From Macrostomum lignano (taxonomy: Eukaryota): a stretch of 64,000 nucleotides of DNA. The notes under the pieces are model-generated. The model made no database searches and was not told where the DNA came from. It saw only the letters and a list, made by a program, of their open reading frames with translations. The stretch lies in assembly GCA_002269645.1 (NCBI GenBank), contig NIVC01000594.1, positions 310,001 to 374,000 of the forward strand, written 5' to 3'. Shown piece by piece: positions 34,262-47,914 of this stretch; the stretch's first letter is position 1, and each line of letters starts with the position of its first letter. Both the position numbers and the translations under genes were made by a program.

Positions 34262-37200
34262 ATGCACCAAGAGACAGGGGCGTCCAGAAAGAGGCAGGGG
34301 CGCCCACCAAGAGACAGGGGCGCCCACCAAGAGACAGGGGCGCCCACCAAGAGACAGGGGGCACCCATCAAGAGACAGAGGCAGCCATCAAGAGACAGGG
34401 GCACCCATCAAGAGACAGGGGCACCCACCAAGAGACAAGGGCACCCATCAAGAGACAGGGGCACCCATCAAGAGACAGGGGCACCCATCAAGAGACAGGG
34501 GCACCCACCAAGAGACAAGGGCACCCATCAAGAGACAAGGGCACCCACCAAGAGACAGGTGCACCCACCAAGAGACAAGGGCACCCATCAAGAGACAGGG
34601 GCACCCATCAAGAGACAGGGGCACCCACCAAGAGACAGGGGCACCCACCAAGAGACAAGGGCACCCATCAAGAGACAGGGGCACCCATAAAGAGACAGGG
34701 GGCCCACCAAGAGACAGGGGACACCCACCAAGAGACAGGGGGCACCCATCAAGAGACAGGGGGCACCCATCAAGAGACAAGGGCACCCATCAAGAGACAG
34801 GGCACCCACCAAGAGACAAGGGCACCCATCAAGAGACAAGGGCACCCATCAAGAGACAGGGCACCCACCAAAAGACAGGGGGCACCCATCAAGAGACAAG
34901 GGCACCCATCAAGAGACGGGCACCCATAAAGAGACAGGGGGCCCACCAAGAGACAGGGGACACCCACCAAGAGACAGGGGCACCCATCAAGAGACAAGGG
35001 CACCCATCAAGAGACAGGGGCACCCATCAAGAGACAGGGGGCACCCATCAAGAGACAGGGGGCACCCATCAAGAGACAGGGGGCACCCATCAAGAGACAA
35101 GGGCACCCATCAAGAGACAAGGGCACCCATCAAGAGACAGGGGCACCCATCAAGAGACAGGGGGCACCCATCAAGAGACAGGGGCACCCATCAAGAGACA
35201 GGGGCACCCATCAAGAGACAGGGGGCACCCATCAAGAGACAGGGGGCACCCATCAAGAGACAGGGGCACCCATCAAGAGACAGGGGGCACCCATCAAGAG
35301 ACAGGGGGCACCCATCAAGAGACAGGGGGCACCCATCAAGAGACAGGGGCACCCATCAAGAGACAGGGGCACCCATCAAGAGACAGGGGTGCCCATCAAG
35401 AGACAGGGGGCACCCATCAAGAGACAGGGGCACCCATCAAGAGACAGGGGGCACCCATCAAGAGACAGGGGCACCCATCAAGAGACAGGGGCACCCATCA
35501 AGAGACAGGGGCACCCATCAAGAGACAGGGGCACCCATCAAGAGACTGGGGCACCCATCAAGAGACAGGGGGCACCCATCAAGACACAGGGGCGCCCACC
35601 AAGACACAGGGGCGCCCACCAAGAGACAGGGGCGCCCACCAAGACACAGGGGCACCCACCAAGACACAGGGGCGCCCATCAAGAGACAAGGGCACCCATC
35701 AAGAGACAAGGGCACCCATCAAGAGACAAGGGCACCCATCAAGAGATAGGGGCGCCCATCAAGAGACAAGGGCACCCATCAAGAGACAGGGGCACCCATC
35801 AAGAGACAGGGGGCACCCATCAAGAGACAGGGGCACCCATCAAGAGACAGGGGGCACCCATCAAGAGACAGGGGCACCCATCAAGAGACAGGGGCACCCA
35901 TCAAGAGACAGGGGGCACCCATCAAGAGACAGGGGGCACCCATCAAGAGACAGGGGCACCCATCAAGAGACAGGGGGCACCCATCAAGAGACAGGGGGCA
36001 CCCATCAAGAGACAGGGGCACCCATCAAGAGACAGGGGCACCCATCAAGAGACAGGGGGCACCCATCAAGAGACAGGGGCACCCATCAAGAGACAGGGGC
36101 ACCCATCAAGAGACAGGGGCACCCATCAAGAGACAGGGGCACCCATCAAGAGACAGGGGCACCCATCAAGAGACAGGGGCACCCATCAAGAGACAGGGGC
36201 ACCCATCAAGAGACAGGGGCACCCATCAAGAGACAGGGGCACCCATCAAGAGACAGGGGCACCCATCAAGAGACAGGGGGCACCCATCAAGAGACAGGGG
36301 CACCCATCAAGAGACAGGGGCACCCATCAAGAGACAGGGGCACCCATCAAGAGACAGGGGGCACCCATCAAGAGACAGGGGCACCCATCAAGAGACAGGG
36401 GGCACCCATCAAGAGACAGGGGCACCCATCAAGAGACAGGGGGCACCCATCAAGAGACAGGGGCACCCATCAAGAGACAGGGGTGCCCATCAAGAGACAG
36501 GGGGCACCCATCAAGAGACAGGGGGCACCCATCAAGAGACAGGGGCACCCATCAAGAGACAGGGGCACCCATCAAGAGACAGGGGGCACCCATCAAGAGA
36601 CAGGGGGCACCCATCAAGAGACAGGGGGCACCCATCAAGAGACAGGGGGCACCCATCAAGAGACAGGGGCACCCATCAAGAGACAGGGGGCACCCATCAA
36701 GAGACAGGGGCACCCATCAAGAGACAGGGGCACCCATCAAGAGACAGGGGGCACCCATCAAGAGACAGGGGGCACCCATCAAGAGACAGGGGTGCCCATC
36801 AAGAGACAGGGGCACCCATCAAGAGACAGGGGGCACCCATCAAGAGACAGGGGTGCCCATCAAGAGACAGGGGGCACCCATCAAGAGACAGGGGTGCACC
36901 CATCAAGAGACAGGGGGCACCCATCAAGAGACAGGGGGCACCCATCAAGAGACAGGGGCACCCATCAAGAGACAGGGGCACCCATCAAGAGACAGGGGGC
37001 ACCCATCAAGAGACAGGGGGCACCCATCAAGAGACAGGGGGCACCCATCAAGAGACAGGGGCACCCATCAAGAGACAGGGGCACCCATCAAGAGACAGGG
37101 GCACCCATCAAGAGACAGGGGGCACCCATCAAGAGACAGGGGCACCCATCAAGAGACAGGGGGCACCCATCAAGACACAGGGGCGCCCACCAAGAGACAG

Positions 37201-37646
37201 GGGCGCCCACCAAGACACAGGGGCACCCACCAAGACACAGGGGCGCCCATCAAGAGACAAGGGCACCCATCAAGAGACAGGGGGCACCCATCAAGAGACA
37301 GGGGGCACCCATCAAGAGACAGGGGCACCCATCAAGAGACAGGGGGCACCCATCAAGAGACAGGGGGCACCCATCAAGAGACAGGGGCACCCATCAAGAG
37401 ACAGGGGCACCCATCAAGAGACAGGGGCACCCATCAAGAGACAGGGGCACCCATCAAGAGACAGGGGCACCCATCAAGAGACAGGGGGCACCCATCAAGA
37501 GACAGGGGCGCCCACCAAGAGACAGGGGCACCCATCAAGAGACAGGGGGCACCCATCAAGAGACAGGGGCACCCATCAAGAGACAGGGGCACCCATCAAG
37601 AGACAGGGGCACCCATCAAGAGACAGGGGGCACCCATCAAGAGACA
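34262..37646 (-). repeat. 3.4-kb array of the 20/21-bp minisatellite (inverted, diverged relative of 476-893)
   Basis: Units caccaagagacaggggcgcc at the left edge shift to catcaagagacagggg(g)cacc. Source of the 753-aa and 425-aa repetitive ORFs. Confidence 0.97.
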
Positions 37647-38325
37647 CTAAAGATAAAACTGGACTCCATTGCAAAAGTCTACGAGAAAGCAGGGTCCGAG
37701 TACACGCGGTACTGCTGCGTGCTGAACACGCAAGTAATCCAAGTATATCTCTGTATCTAAATCTTATTATTGCGGGCAGTGATTTTATTCAGTCATAGAA
37801 AAGTGCACTATGCTTGAGGAAAAATCCTATACTTAACACAAAAAGTTCGAAGCGACCATGGCAGCTTGATGGATGCTTCGAGACTAGTAGGCAGACTATT
37901 TATATCAGATATTCCTTCTTGAAGACGAAACCAATGCATGCTTCAAAGCCTAGTCTTACCATTGGATTACCATATTAAGAAGGCTCTTCAACTAGTATTA
38001 TGAATGTTGATGCCATATTCGCATTCAGTTTAAATGCTTTTTTGGACTGTTGACTCAGGTCGATAACGATCGATAACGTCAGTTGCTACTTACCTGGAAC
38101 ACAGAATGATGCTTTGTAGGTATACAGCGATTAAACTGTTGGTAGCAATAAAGGGAACAGTTTAATGAGCCTTAAAAGTGTGGAAAGAAAGGTTATGAAG
38201 CGGAGCGGTTTTGCTAACCATAAACTCTGCACACTCGAATGCTAAAGCTTTTTGCGATAGCTTTTTTGAAATTTGAACATTTTGCGTCGCTTTAACTTTA
38301 AAGTCAGTCATCATAAAAAACTGAT

Positions 38326-38775
<450 letters not shown>

Positions 38776-39529
38776 GGGGTGGGCAGAACGATGGGGAAGG
38801 AGAGAGGAGGGAAAGAGGGGATTAGAGAAAGGGGATCAATAGGTGGGGTCCAGTTGCAAAAAACTGCACCACCACTCACTCAGCATGCAACTATGTAAAG
38901 AGAGCGGCAGTCCCCCTTGGGCAGTGCACTTTGACGCGATAAGCATGCAATCCAGTCTGATCCAAAAGCAGTTGAAAGCCAGCCAGAAATTTAGCTAAGC
39001 AGCAGCAGCAAGAATTTTACAATTCCTGATGCCCCAGTTTCTCGTGAACAACCATAAAATGTTGATGACGGCCATCTGTCTGCGATGGTAACTGCAGTTA
39101 GCGAAAATTTCCATGCAAACGCATGAAAGAAGCAGAGAAATTGCTGGAAACTTTCTCAGAAAAGAGGCATCGGCTTTCGACTGTAAAATTTTGCTCGAAA
39201 TTGCAACACTTGGGCAGCAAGAACTTCTTTTTTCTCTGCCTCTCTGTCTGGCCGACTGTCTGTCTTTGCTAAGAAATTCATTTCTGGAATAGGAAATGCT
39301 TTTTTGCAACTGCAGCCTCTCTGCGTCTTTTCAGTTCCCATGCCGGACGCGGGACATTTGGTGCTGGCATGCATTTTCTAAGAAAAACAGCAGTTTCAAG
39401 TCGGAATAATCCTTGGGGAATGACTGACATCCGCACCCGTGCGCTGTTATCTTAGGCCAGCTGCCTGTGTGCTGGGGGATGTGTCTGTGATGAAGCTTTC
39501 TGTCCACTGCTGCATAGAATTCGGTTAAG

Positions 39530-40246
<717 letters not shown>

Positions 40247-40730
40247 ATGAATCTGTATGTCTGTATGTTGAAACAGGGCGTTAAATAAGGGCAGTAACGT
40301 GAGAAGACATCAGTCTAGAGATAACGAGCTCAGATTCCGAGAAACAGGCGTGTCTTGGAAGGGAAACACTTCATCCCGAGAGGCTGGGCCCTCCCAATCC
40401 GGTGGAGAGGTGAATCCCCAATCCACCCGCCTGCTGGCTGGCGGAACAACTGCAGCGGCTCTTCTTTAATTGCAACAGGTTGCAAAGCATTGCAGCAGGA
40501 AGCAGGTGGCAGTTGCCTACCTTGGCCTGATGCATGCACCCCCACCCCCCCCCCGAGCAGCGCACATCTGCAGACTTCCCTGATTGGCTCAGCCCGGTTC
40601 CTTCCTATCCCAATGCGCAGGCAGGGATCAGCTGGGGTCGGGGTGGTGGGCAGATATTTTCTCCCTTAGCAACAGGGAAAAGCGCAGCGGCTGGCACTTC
40701 ATCTCGCCTTTGTCTCGCCCCGAGGACACC

Positions 40731-41367
40731 ATGGGAGCATTGTACTCCACCCCGGTTCGGGTCCTGCTGCTGGGCCTGGACAACTGCGGCAAGACCACCC
40801 TGCTGCGCCAGCTCACCTGCCGCTACGGCCCCGGCTGTTCCAGAACCTCCAAATTCGACGAGAAGCTTCAGGACGACGAGTACGAAGAGGACGAAGTGGC
40901 GGCAGCGGAGGCCGCGGACTCGAGTCGGATTCAGCCGACGTTTGGCTGCGTCGGCGCGCAGATCCGTTTGCCTTGCGGCGGCCCGGCGCTGGCCGTTGTG
41001 GAGGTCGGTGGCCGCCGGCTGTACAGGGACTTCTGGCGCTACCACTGCGCCGGCGCTGAGGCTGTCCTGTTCGTGGTGGACAGCAACGATTCACGTCGGC
41101 TAGATGAGGCACGCAGCTTCCTGTTTGAGGTGGCCACCAGCTGGGAGCTGCTCGGCGTGCCCCGTCATTGTGCTGGCGAACAAGCAGGACCTGCCCATGG
41201 CTTTGCCGAGCTGGTCCGTGGCGGCCGGTCTGCAGATGGAGATGCTGGAGCGGCTGGGGCATCCGACGCACGTGCACCGCACTGTGGGCAGCTCCGGCGA
41301 CGGAGTGCTGACGGCTCTGCACGTCTTGGCTCGGCTGGTCCGGCAGCGGAGACGGAACGGCTGCTGA
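40731..41367 (+). CDS. Intronless ARF-like (ARL) small GTPase, about 211 aa, with a +1 frameshift at 41160-41163 (sequencing error or young pseudogene)
   Basis: MG start, GLDNCGKTT P-loop, QPTFG switch I, EVGG, LFVVDSND..RL.EAR. After removing one C the frame continues PVIVLANKQDL ... to the stop at 41365-41367. Confidence 0.85.
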
Positions 41368-41504
41368 TGACCGACACTGAGATGGAGACTTGAGCGCGTG
41401 TTTGGCTGTGCGTGCGGAGACTGTGCCTTAGTTGTGCGATTGACTGTGCTTGGAGATGGCGTATTGACTAAGTACTGGATATTTGGTAATGCACGGTACT
41501 AGAT

Positions 41505-41998
41505 ATTGTGTACAGGATGCTGAGTATCAGATAATGGGTACAGAAGGCTGACTACGGGATTAATGAATTTTGTACGGGATGCTAAGTACCAGAAACTATT
41601 TACTAGATGTAAAGTACCAGCTATTGTGTACATGTACAGGATGCTGAGTACCAGCTATTGTGTACATGTACAGGATGCTGAGTACCAGATATTGTGTAAC
41701 ATGTACAGGATGCTGAGTACCAGCTATTGTGTACATGTACAGGATGCTGAGTACCAGCTATTGTGTACATGTACAGGATGCTAAGTACCAGATAATGCGT
41801 ATATGTACAGGATGCTTGAGCACCAGACATTGTGTACAGGATGCTGAGTACCAGATATTGTGTAACATGTACAGGATGCTGAGCACCAGCTATTGTGTAC
41901 ATGTACAGGATGCTGAGTACCAGATATTGTGTAACATGTACAGGATGCTGAGAACCAGATATTGTGTACATGTACAGGATGCTGAGTACCAGATATAG
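41505..41998 (+). repeat. About 34-bp minisatellite (tgtacatgtacaggatgctgagtaccagctattg)
   Basis: About 13 units containing TGTACATGTACA palindromes. Confidence 0.93.
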
Positions 41999-42066
41999 TG
42001 TACATTATATTAAGTCGAGAGTATAGTGCCAATACCCAATTCACTGTCATGGTCAGACGATCTGAT

Positions 42067-42363
42067 TCAAACCAGATGACCCTCATCCTCGATCCTGTTC
42101 CCTACAATGTTCCACAGCTTGTACCTGCATTATAAAACTCATTTCTAAATATACATTAGTGCATTCATACTCGATTAATTTTCTGCCAAAGCAGGTTACC
42201 AACTCGTCGGGCCCATTGAAGAAACTCTCTTCCCGAATAGCTTGAGCAGCCGGATCTCGAGAACAATCTTGAATCTTTCAGCCCCTCCGGCTGCATTGTG
42301 GGCGAGTTTCTCATAGTCTGCTTTAGTGCTTCTGTACTGCGTACCTTGTGTAGAAAATGTTGC
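42067..42363 (-). CDS. Putative last two exons of an unrecognised gene; join(complement 42200..42363, 42067..42124)
   Basis: Acceptor ttcctgattgtag|, open frame ATFSTQG...GPTSW, a 75-bp AT-rich GT-AG intron (42125-42199), then YKLWNIVGNRIEDEGHLV*. The frame is kept across a split Trp codon. No homology recognised. Confidence 0.45.
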
Positions 42364-42704
42364 CTACAATCAGGAAGAAACCCGGCTGTTCACGGGTACA
42401 GCGCTACATCAAAGAGAAGCTGCAGTGACGGACAGGCAAGAAAGAAAAAAGGAAATGGGTTGGCTACTCCGCCGCTAGCGACTCAATTTTAGTGAGTAGA
42501 AAAAGAAAACTTCTATCGAAAAAGATTTTCTATACAAAGTAGAAGAGCAGAAGTTCGCAGTGTCTTGGGTTACAGCTAGGGTTAGGGTGAACTCAATGCC
42601 TTTGACCAGCTTTCATTAATGATATTGCAGGATAAAATCGATGTGAGTAGAGCTTTTTAATGAGGCCTTTCTGCACTCTGCACTCTGACTCCACCCTGAC
42701 ATTT

Positions 42705-44147
42705 TATATGCATGCGCTCCACCTCTCTCCCAAGCCCTCTCTACCTCTGACTCCACCTCTCTCCCAATCCCACTCTACCCTCTGACTCCACCTCTCTCCC
42801 AATCCCACTCTACCTCTGACTCCACCTCTCTCCCAATCCCACTCTACCTCTGACTCCACCTCTCTCCCAATCCCACTCTACCCTCTGACTCCACCTCTCT
42901 CCCAATCCCACTCTACCTCTGACTCCACCTCTCTCCCAATCCCACTCTACCCTCTGACTCCACCTCTCTCCCAATCCCACTCTACCTCTGACTCCACCTC
43001 TCTCCCAATCCCACTCTACCCTCTGACTCCACCTCTCTCCCAACCCCACTCTACCCTCTGACTCCACCTCTCTCCCAATCCCACTCTACCCTCTGACTTC
43101 ACCTCTCTCCCAATCCCACTCTACCTCTGACTCCACCTCTCTCCCAATCCCACTCTACCTCTGACTCCACCTCTCTCCCAATCCCACTCTACCTCTGACT
43201 CCACCTCTCTCCCAATCCCACTCTACCCTCTGACTCCACCTCTCTCCCAATCCCACTCTACCTCTGACTCCACCTCTCTCCCAATCCCACTCTACCCTCT
43301 GACTCCACCTCTCTCCCAATCCCACTCTACCTCTGACTCCACCTCTCTCCCAATCCCACTCTACCCTCTGACTCCACCTCTCTCCCAATCCCACTCTACC
43401 CTCTGACTCCACCTCTCTCCCAATCCCACTCTACCCTCTGACTCCACCTCTCTCCCAATCCCACTCTACCCTCTGACTCCACCTCTCTCCCAATCCCACT
43501 CTACCCTCTGACTCCACCTCTCTCCCAACCCCACTCTACCCTCTGACTCCACCTCTCTCCCAATCCCACTCTACCCTCTGACTTCACCTCTCTCCCAATC
43601 CCACTCTACCCTCTGACTCCACCTCTCTCCCAATCCCACTCTACCTCTGACTCCACCTCTCTCCCAATCCCACTCTACCTCTGACTCCACCTCTCTCCCA
43701 ATCCCACTCTACCCTCTGACTCCACCTCTCTCCCAATCCCACTCTACCTCTGACTCCACCTCTCTCCCAATCCCACTCTACCCTCTGACTCCACCTCTCT
43801 CCCAATCCCACTCTACCTCTGACTCCACCTCTCTCCCAATCCCACTCTACCCTCTGACTCCACCTCTCTCCCAACCCCACTCTACCCTCTGACTCCACCT
43901 CTCTCCCAATCCCACTCTACCCTCTGACTCCACCTCTCTCCCAATCCCACTCTACCCTCTGACTCCACCTCTCTCCCAATCCCACTCTACCCTCTGACTC
44001 CACCTCTCTCCCAACCCCACTCTACCCTCTGACTCCACCTCTCTCCCAATCCCACTCTACCCTCTGACTTCACCTCTCTCCCAATCCCACTCTACCCTCT
44101 GACTCCACCTCTCTCCCAATCCCACTCTACCCTCTGACTCCACCTCT
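42705..44147 (+). repeat. 34/35-bp pyrimidine-rich minisatellite (ctctgactccacctctctcccaatcccactctac(c))
   Basis: About 41 units. Confidence 0.97.
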
Positions 44148-44664
44148 CACCATGACACTATTTATTTGTTTTTGAGTCTCCAGACAGACGCACAACATCT
44201 CACATTATTCGATAAACACCCACGCACAGAGTCGCCAAATGATAAGATATGACAGCACCCCTTCCTCTGAAGCCGTTGCATCCAGCAGCAAATGAGAAAG
44301 CGTTAAGTCCTTGAGCACTACAAAAATAGAGAATTTATGACAGGCGTGGGTGTTAACTGTTAATTGCATTTATTATTAGTATTTCCATTGAGTGTGCATG
44401 CAACTGGCGCTCTAGAGAGAGCTTAATTTGAAGACTATCCAACAATTAATGCCAGTCAATAATCGTTCTCCGAGAATGCGAGATCCATTGGCTCTGAAAA
44501 GTACATCAATCTAGCTGCGATTTTAAATGTACATTTCAGAGTTAGTAGCATAAAATCCCCAACTGCGTAAATCCTGAAAAATTCTCCTCACTTGCTAGTC
44601 CGGAAGTCTGTGCAGAGAAATATATTCTTTGATCAGATTTAACTATGCAGAATACAGTAGATAA

Positions 44665-47085
44665 GAGAGGGTAGATAGGAGAGGGTAGTAAAGGAGAGGG
44701 TAGATAGGAGAGGGTAGAGGGGAGAGGGTAGATAGGAGAGGGTAGATAGGAGAGGGTAGTAAAGGAGAGGGTAGATAGGAGAGGGTAGAGGGGAGAGGGT
44801 AGATAGGAGAGGGTAGATAGGAGAGGGTAGATAGGAGAAGGTAGATAGGAGGAGGGTAGATAGGAGGAGGTAGATAGGAGAGGTAGATAGGAGAGGGTAG
44901 ATAGGAGAAGGTAGATAGGAGAGGGTAGATAGGAGAATGTAGATAGGAGAAGGTAGATAGGAGAAGGTAGATAGAAGGTAGATAGGAGAAGGTAGATAGG
45001 AGAGGGTAGATAGGAGAAGGTAGATAGGAGGAGGGTAGATAGGAGGAGGTAGATAGGAGAGGTAGATAGGAGAGGGTAGATAGGAGAAGGTAGATAGGAG
45101 AGGGTAGATAGGAGAATGTAGATAGGAGAAGGTAGATAGGAGAAGGTAGATAGAAGGTAGATAGGAGAAGGTAGATAGGAGAGGGTAGATAGGAGAAGGT
45201 AGACAGGAGGAGGGTAGATAGGAGGAGGTAGATAGGAGAGGGTAGATTGGAGAGTGTAGATAGGAGAAGGTAGATAGGAGGAGGGTAGATAGGAGGAGGT
45301 AGATAGGAGAGGTAGATAGGAGAGGGATAGGATAGATAGGAGAAGGTAGATAGGAGAGGGTAGATAGGAGAAGGTAGATAGGAGAAGGTAGATAGAAGGT
45401 AGATAGGAGAAGGTAGATAGGAGAAGGTAGATAGGAGAAGGTAGATAGGAGAAGGTAGATAGGAGAAGGTAGATAGAAGGTAGATAGGAGAAGGTAGATA
45501 GGAGAGGGTAGATAGGAGAAGGTAGATAGGAGGAGGGTAGATAGGAGGAGGTAGATAGGAGAGGTAGATAGGAGAGGGTAGATAGGAGAAGGTAGATAGG
45601 AGAGGGTAGATAGGAGAATGTAGATAGGAGAAGGTAGATAGGAGAAGGTAGATAGGAGAGGGTAGATAGAAGAGGGTAGATAGGAGAGGGTAGATAGGAG
45701 AGGGTAGATAGGAGATGGTAGATAGGAGAAGGTAGATAGGAGAAGGTAGATAGGAGAAGGTAGATAGGAGAAGGTAGATAGAAGGTAGATAGGAGAAGGT
45801 AGATAGGAGAAGGTAGATAGGAGGAGGGTAGATAGGAGGAGGTAGATAGGAGAGGTAGATAGGAGAGGGTAGATAGGAGAAGGTAGATAGGAGAGGGTAG
45901 ATAGGAGAATGTAGATAGGAGAAGGTAGATAGGAGAAGGTAGATAGAAGGTAGATAGGAGAAGGTAGATAGGAGAGGGTAGATAGGAGAAGGTAGACAGG
46001 AGGAGGGTAGATAGGAGGAGGTAGATAGGAGAGGGTAGATTGGAGAGTGTAGATAGGAGAAGGTAGATAGGAGGAGGGTAGATAGGAGGAGGTAGATAGG
46101 AGAGGTAGATAGGAGAGGGTAGATAGGAGAAGGTAGATAGGAGAGGGTAGATAGGAGAAGGTAGATAGGAGAAGGTAGATAGAAGGTAGATAGGAGAAGG
46201 TAGATAGGAGAAGGTAGATAGGAGAAGGTAGATAGGAGAAGGTAGATAGGAGAAGGTAGATAGAAGGTAGATAGGAGAAGGTAGATAGGAGAGGGTAGAT
46301 AGGAGAAGGTAGATAGGAGGAGGGTAGATAGGAGGAGGTAGATAGGAGAGGTAGATAGGAGAGGGTAGATAGGAGAAGGTAGATAGGAGAGGGTAGATAG
46401 GAGAATGTAGATAGGAGAAGGTAGATAGGAGAAGGTAGATAGGAGAGGGTAGATAGAAGAGGGTAGATAGGAGAGGGTAGATAGGAGAGGGTAGATAGGA
46501 GATGGTAGATAGGAGAAGGTAGATAGGAGAAGGTAGATAGGAGAAGGTAGATAGGAGAAGGTAGATAGAAGGTAGATAGGAGAAGGTAGATAGGAGAAGG
46601 TAGATAGGAGAAGGTAGATAGGAGAAGGTAGATAGGAGAAGGTAGATAGGAGAGGTAGATAGGAGGAGGGTAGATAGGAGGAGGTAGATAGGAGAGGGTA
46701 GATAGGAGAATGTAGATAGGAGAAGGTAGATAGGAGAAGGTAGATAGGAGAAGGTAGATAGGAGAAGGTAGATAGGAGAGGGTAGATAGGAGAGGGTAGA
46801 TAGGAGAAGGTAGATAGGAGAAGGTAGATAGGAGAAGGTAGATAGGAGAAGGTAGATAGGAGAAGGTAGATAGGAGAAGGTAGATAGGAGAGGGTAGATA
46901 GGAGAAGGTAGATAGGAGAGGGTAGATAGAAGAGGGTAGATAGGAGAGGGTAGATAGGAGAGGGTAGATAGGAGATGGTAGATAGGAGAGGGTATACAGG
47001 AGAGGGTATACAGGAGAGGGTAGATAGGAGAGGGTATACAGGAGAGGGAGGAGAAGGGTTAGATATGAGAGGGTAGATAGGAGAG
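44665..47085 (+). repeat. 14/15-bp polypurine minisatellite (ggtagataggaga(a/g))
   Basis: About 170 units with higher-order blocks; source of the 840/848-aa spurious ORFs. Confidence 0.97.
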
Positions 47086-47914
47086 AGTAGACAGGGGAGC
47101 GAGGGGAGGAAAGGCCAGAGACAATGTGCGGTAGACAGTGGGAAGAGTACATGGTTGTCATTCCAGCCTACGAGAGTCAAGGACAGCATGTTGCATAAAC
47201 TGGAACAAATTGGTTAATCGCCAAACCGCCTCTGCCATAATCCCATCTACAAACATCCAACTCAGTCAAATTGATAACGCATTTTCCTCTCCTCTGAACA
47301 CAGTGTTTCATGTCAGAACGAGTTCTCCCATTAACGATCCGCCAATTCCTAACTAAGTGCTTGAAAGCTCAAGCGTGACCTTGGTTGAAAGGCCTGACGG
47401 TATCCCGTAAGGGAATAGTATAGTTATAGCAAACTCAGTCCTATAGTATTGACAATCGGGTGATTCTGTACAGAGCCTCATCTCTCCTGCTAAAGCTCTC
47501 CGTTCTATTTTATTCCGCACTATTTTCTCGCAGCTTTGACAAGTTCTTGTCAAATAAACTTGTACTTTGAGGCTGATAGTTAAATAGAGTAGAGAGCCGG
47601 GAGCTGCAGGAGTGTTTGTGTAGAAAACTATAGCATGCACGCAGCACGTACTTGTGGGGGAGGCAGCTTTGAGGTGCAGCCACCGGGATAAAATTGATTT
47701 AGTCCCTGCCTGGGGATCAAGGAAAGGGATCGTGGAGACGGGCGACCTTTTTAAAGCGAAGGGGGAAGGGTAGGAGATTATAACCGGATATGCGAGTAGT
47801 CAGATGTAGGGGATAAACACAGTGCTGGGCTCTGCGACTGGGATGCAGCACAACTGCCGGAACTTCTGCGGTTGCCTTTCAAGGTTGAAGACAGACAGGG
47901 TTCTCTTCCTTACT

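Noticed and set aside
35389-37760. 753-aa and 425-aa ORFs
   Set aside because: They are translations of the 20/21-bp satellite, which lacks stop codons; no domain and no coding context.
44639-47189. 840-aa and 848-aa ORFs
   Set aside because: They are translations of the pyrimidine strand of a 14/15-bp satellite.
47200-47640. 95-aa minus-strand ORF and a protein-like continuation
   Set aside because: No recognisable motif, stops in the continuation, and no clear splice sites; may be a TE relic.
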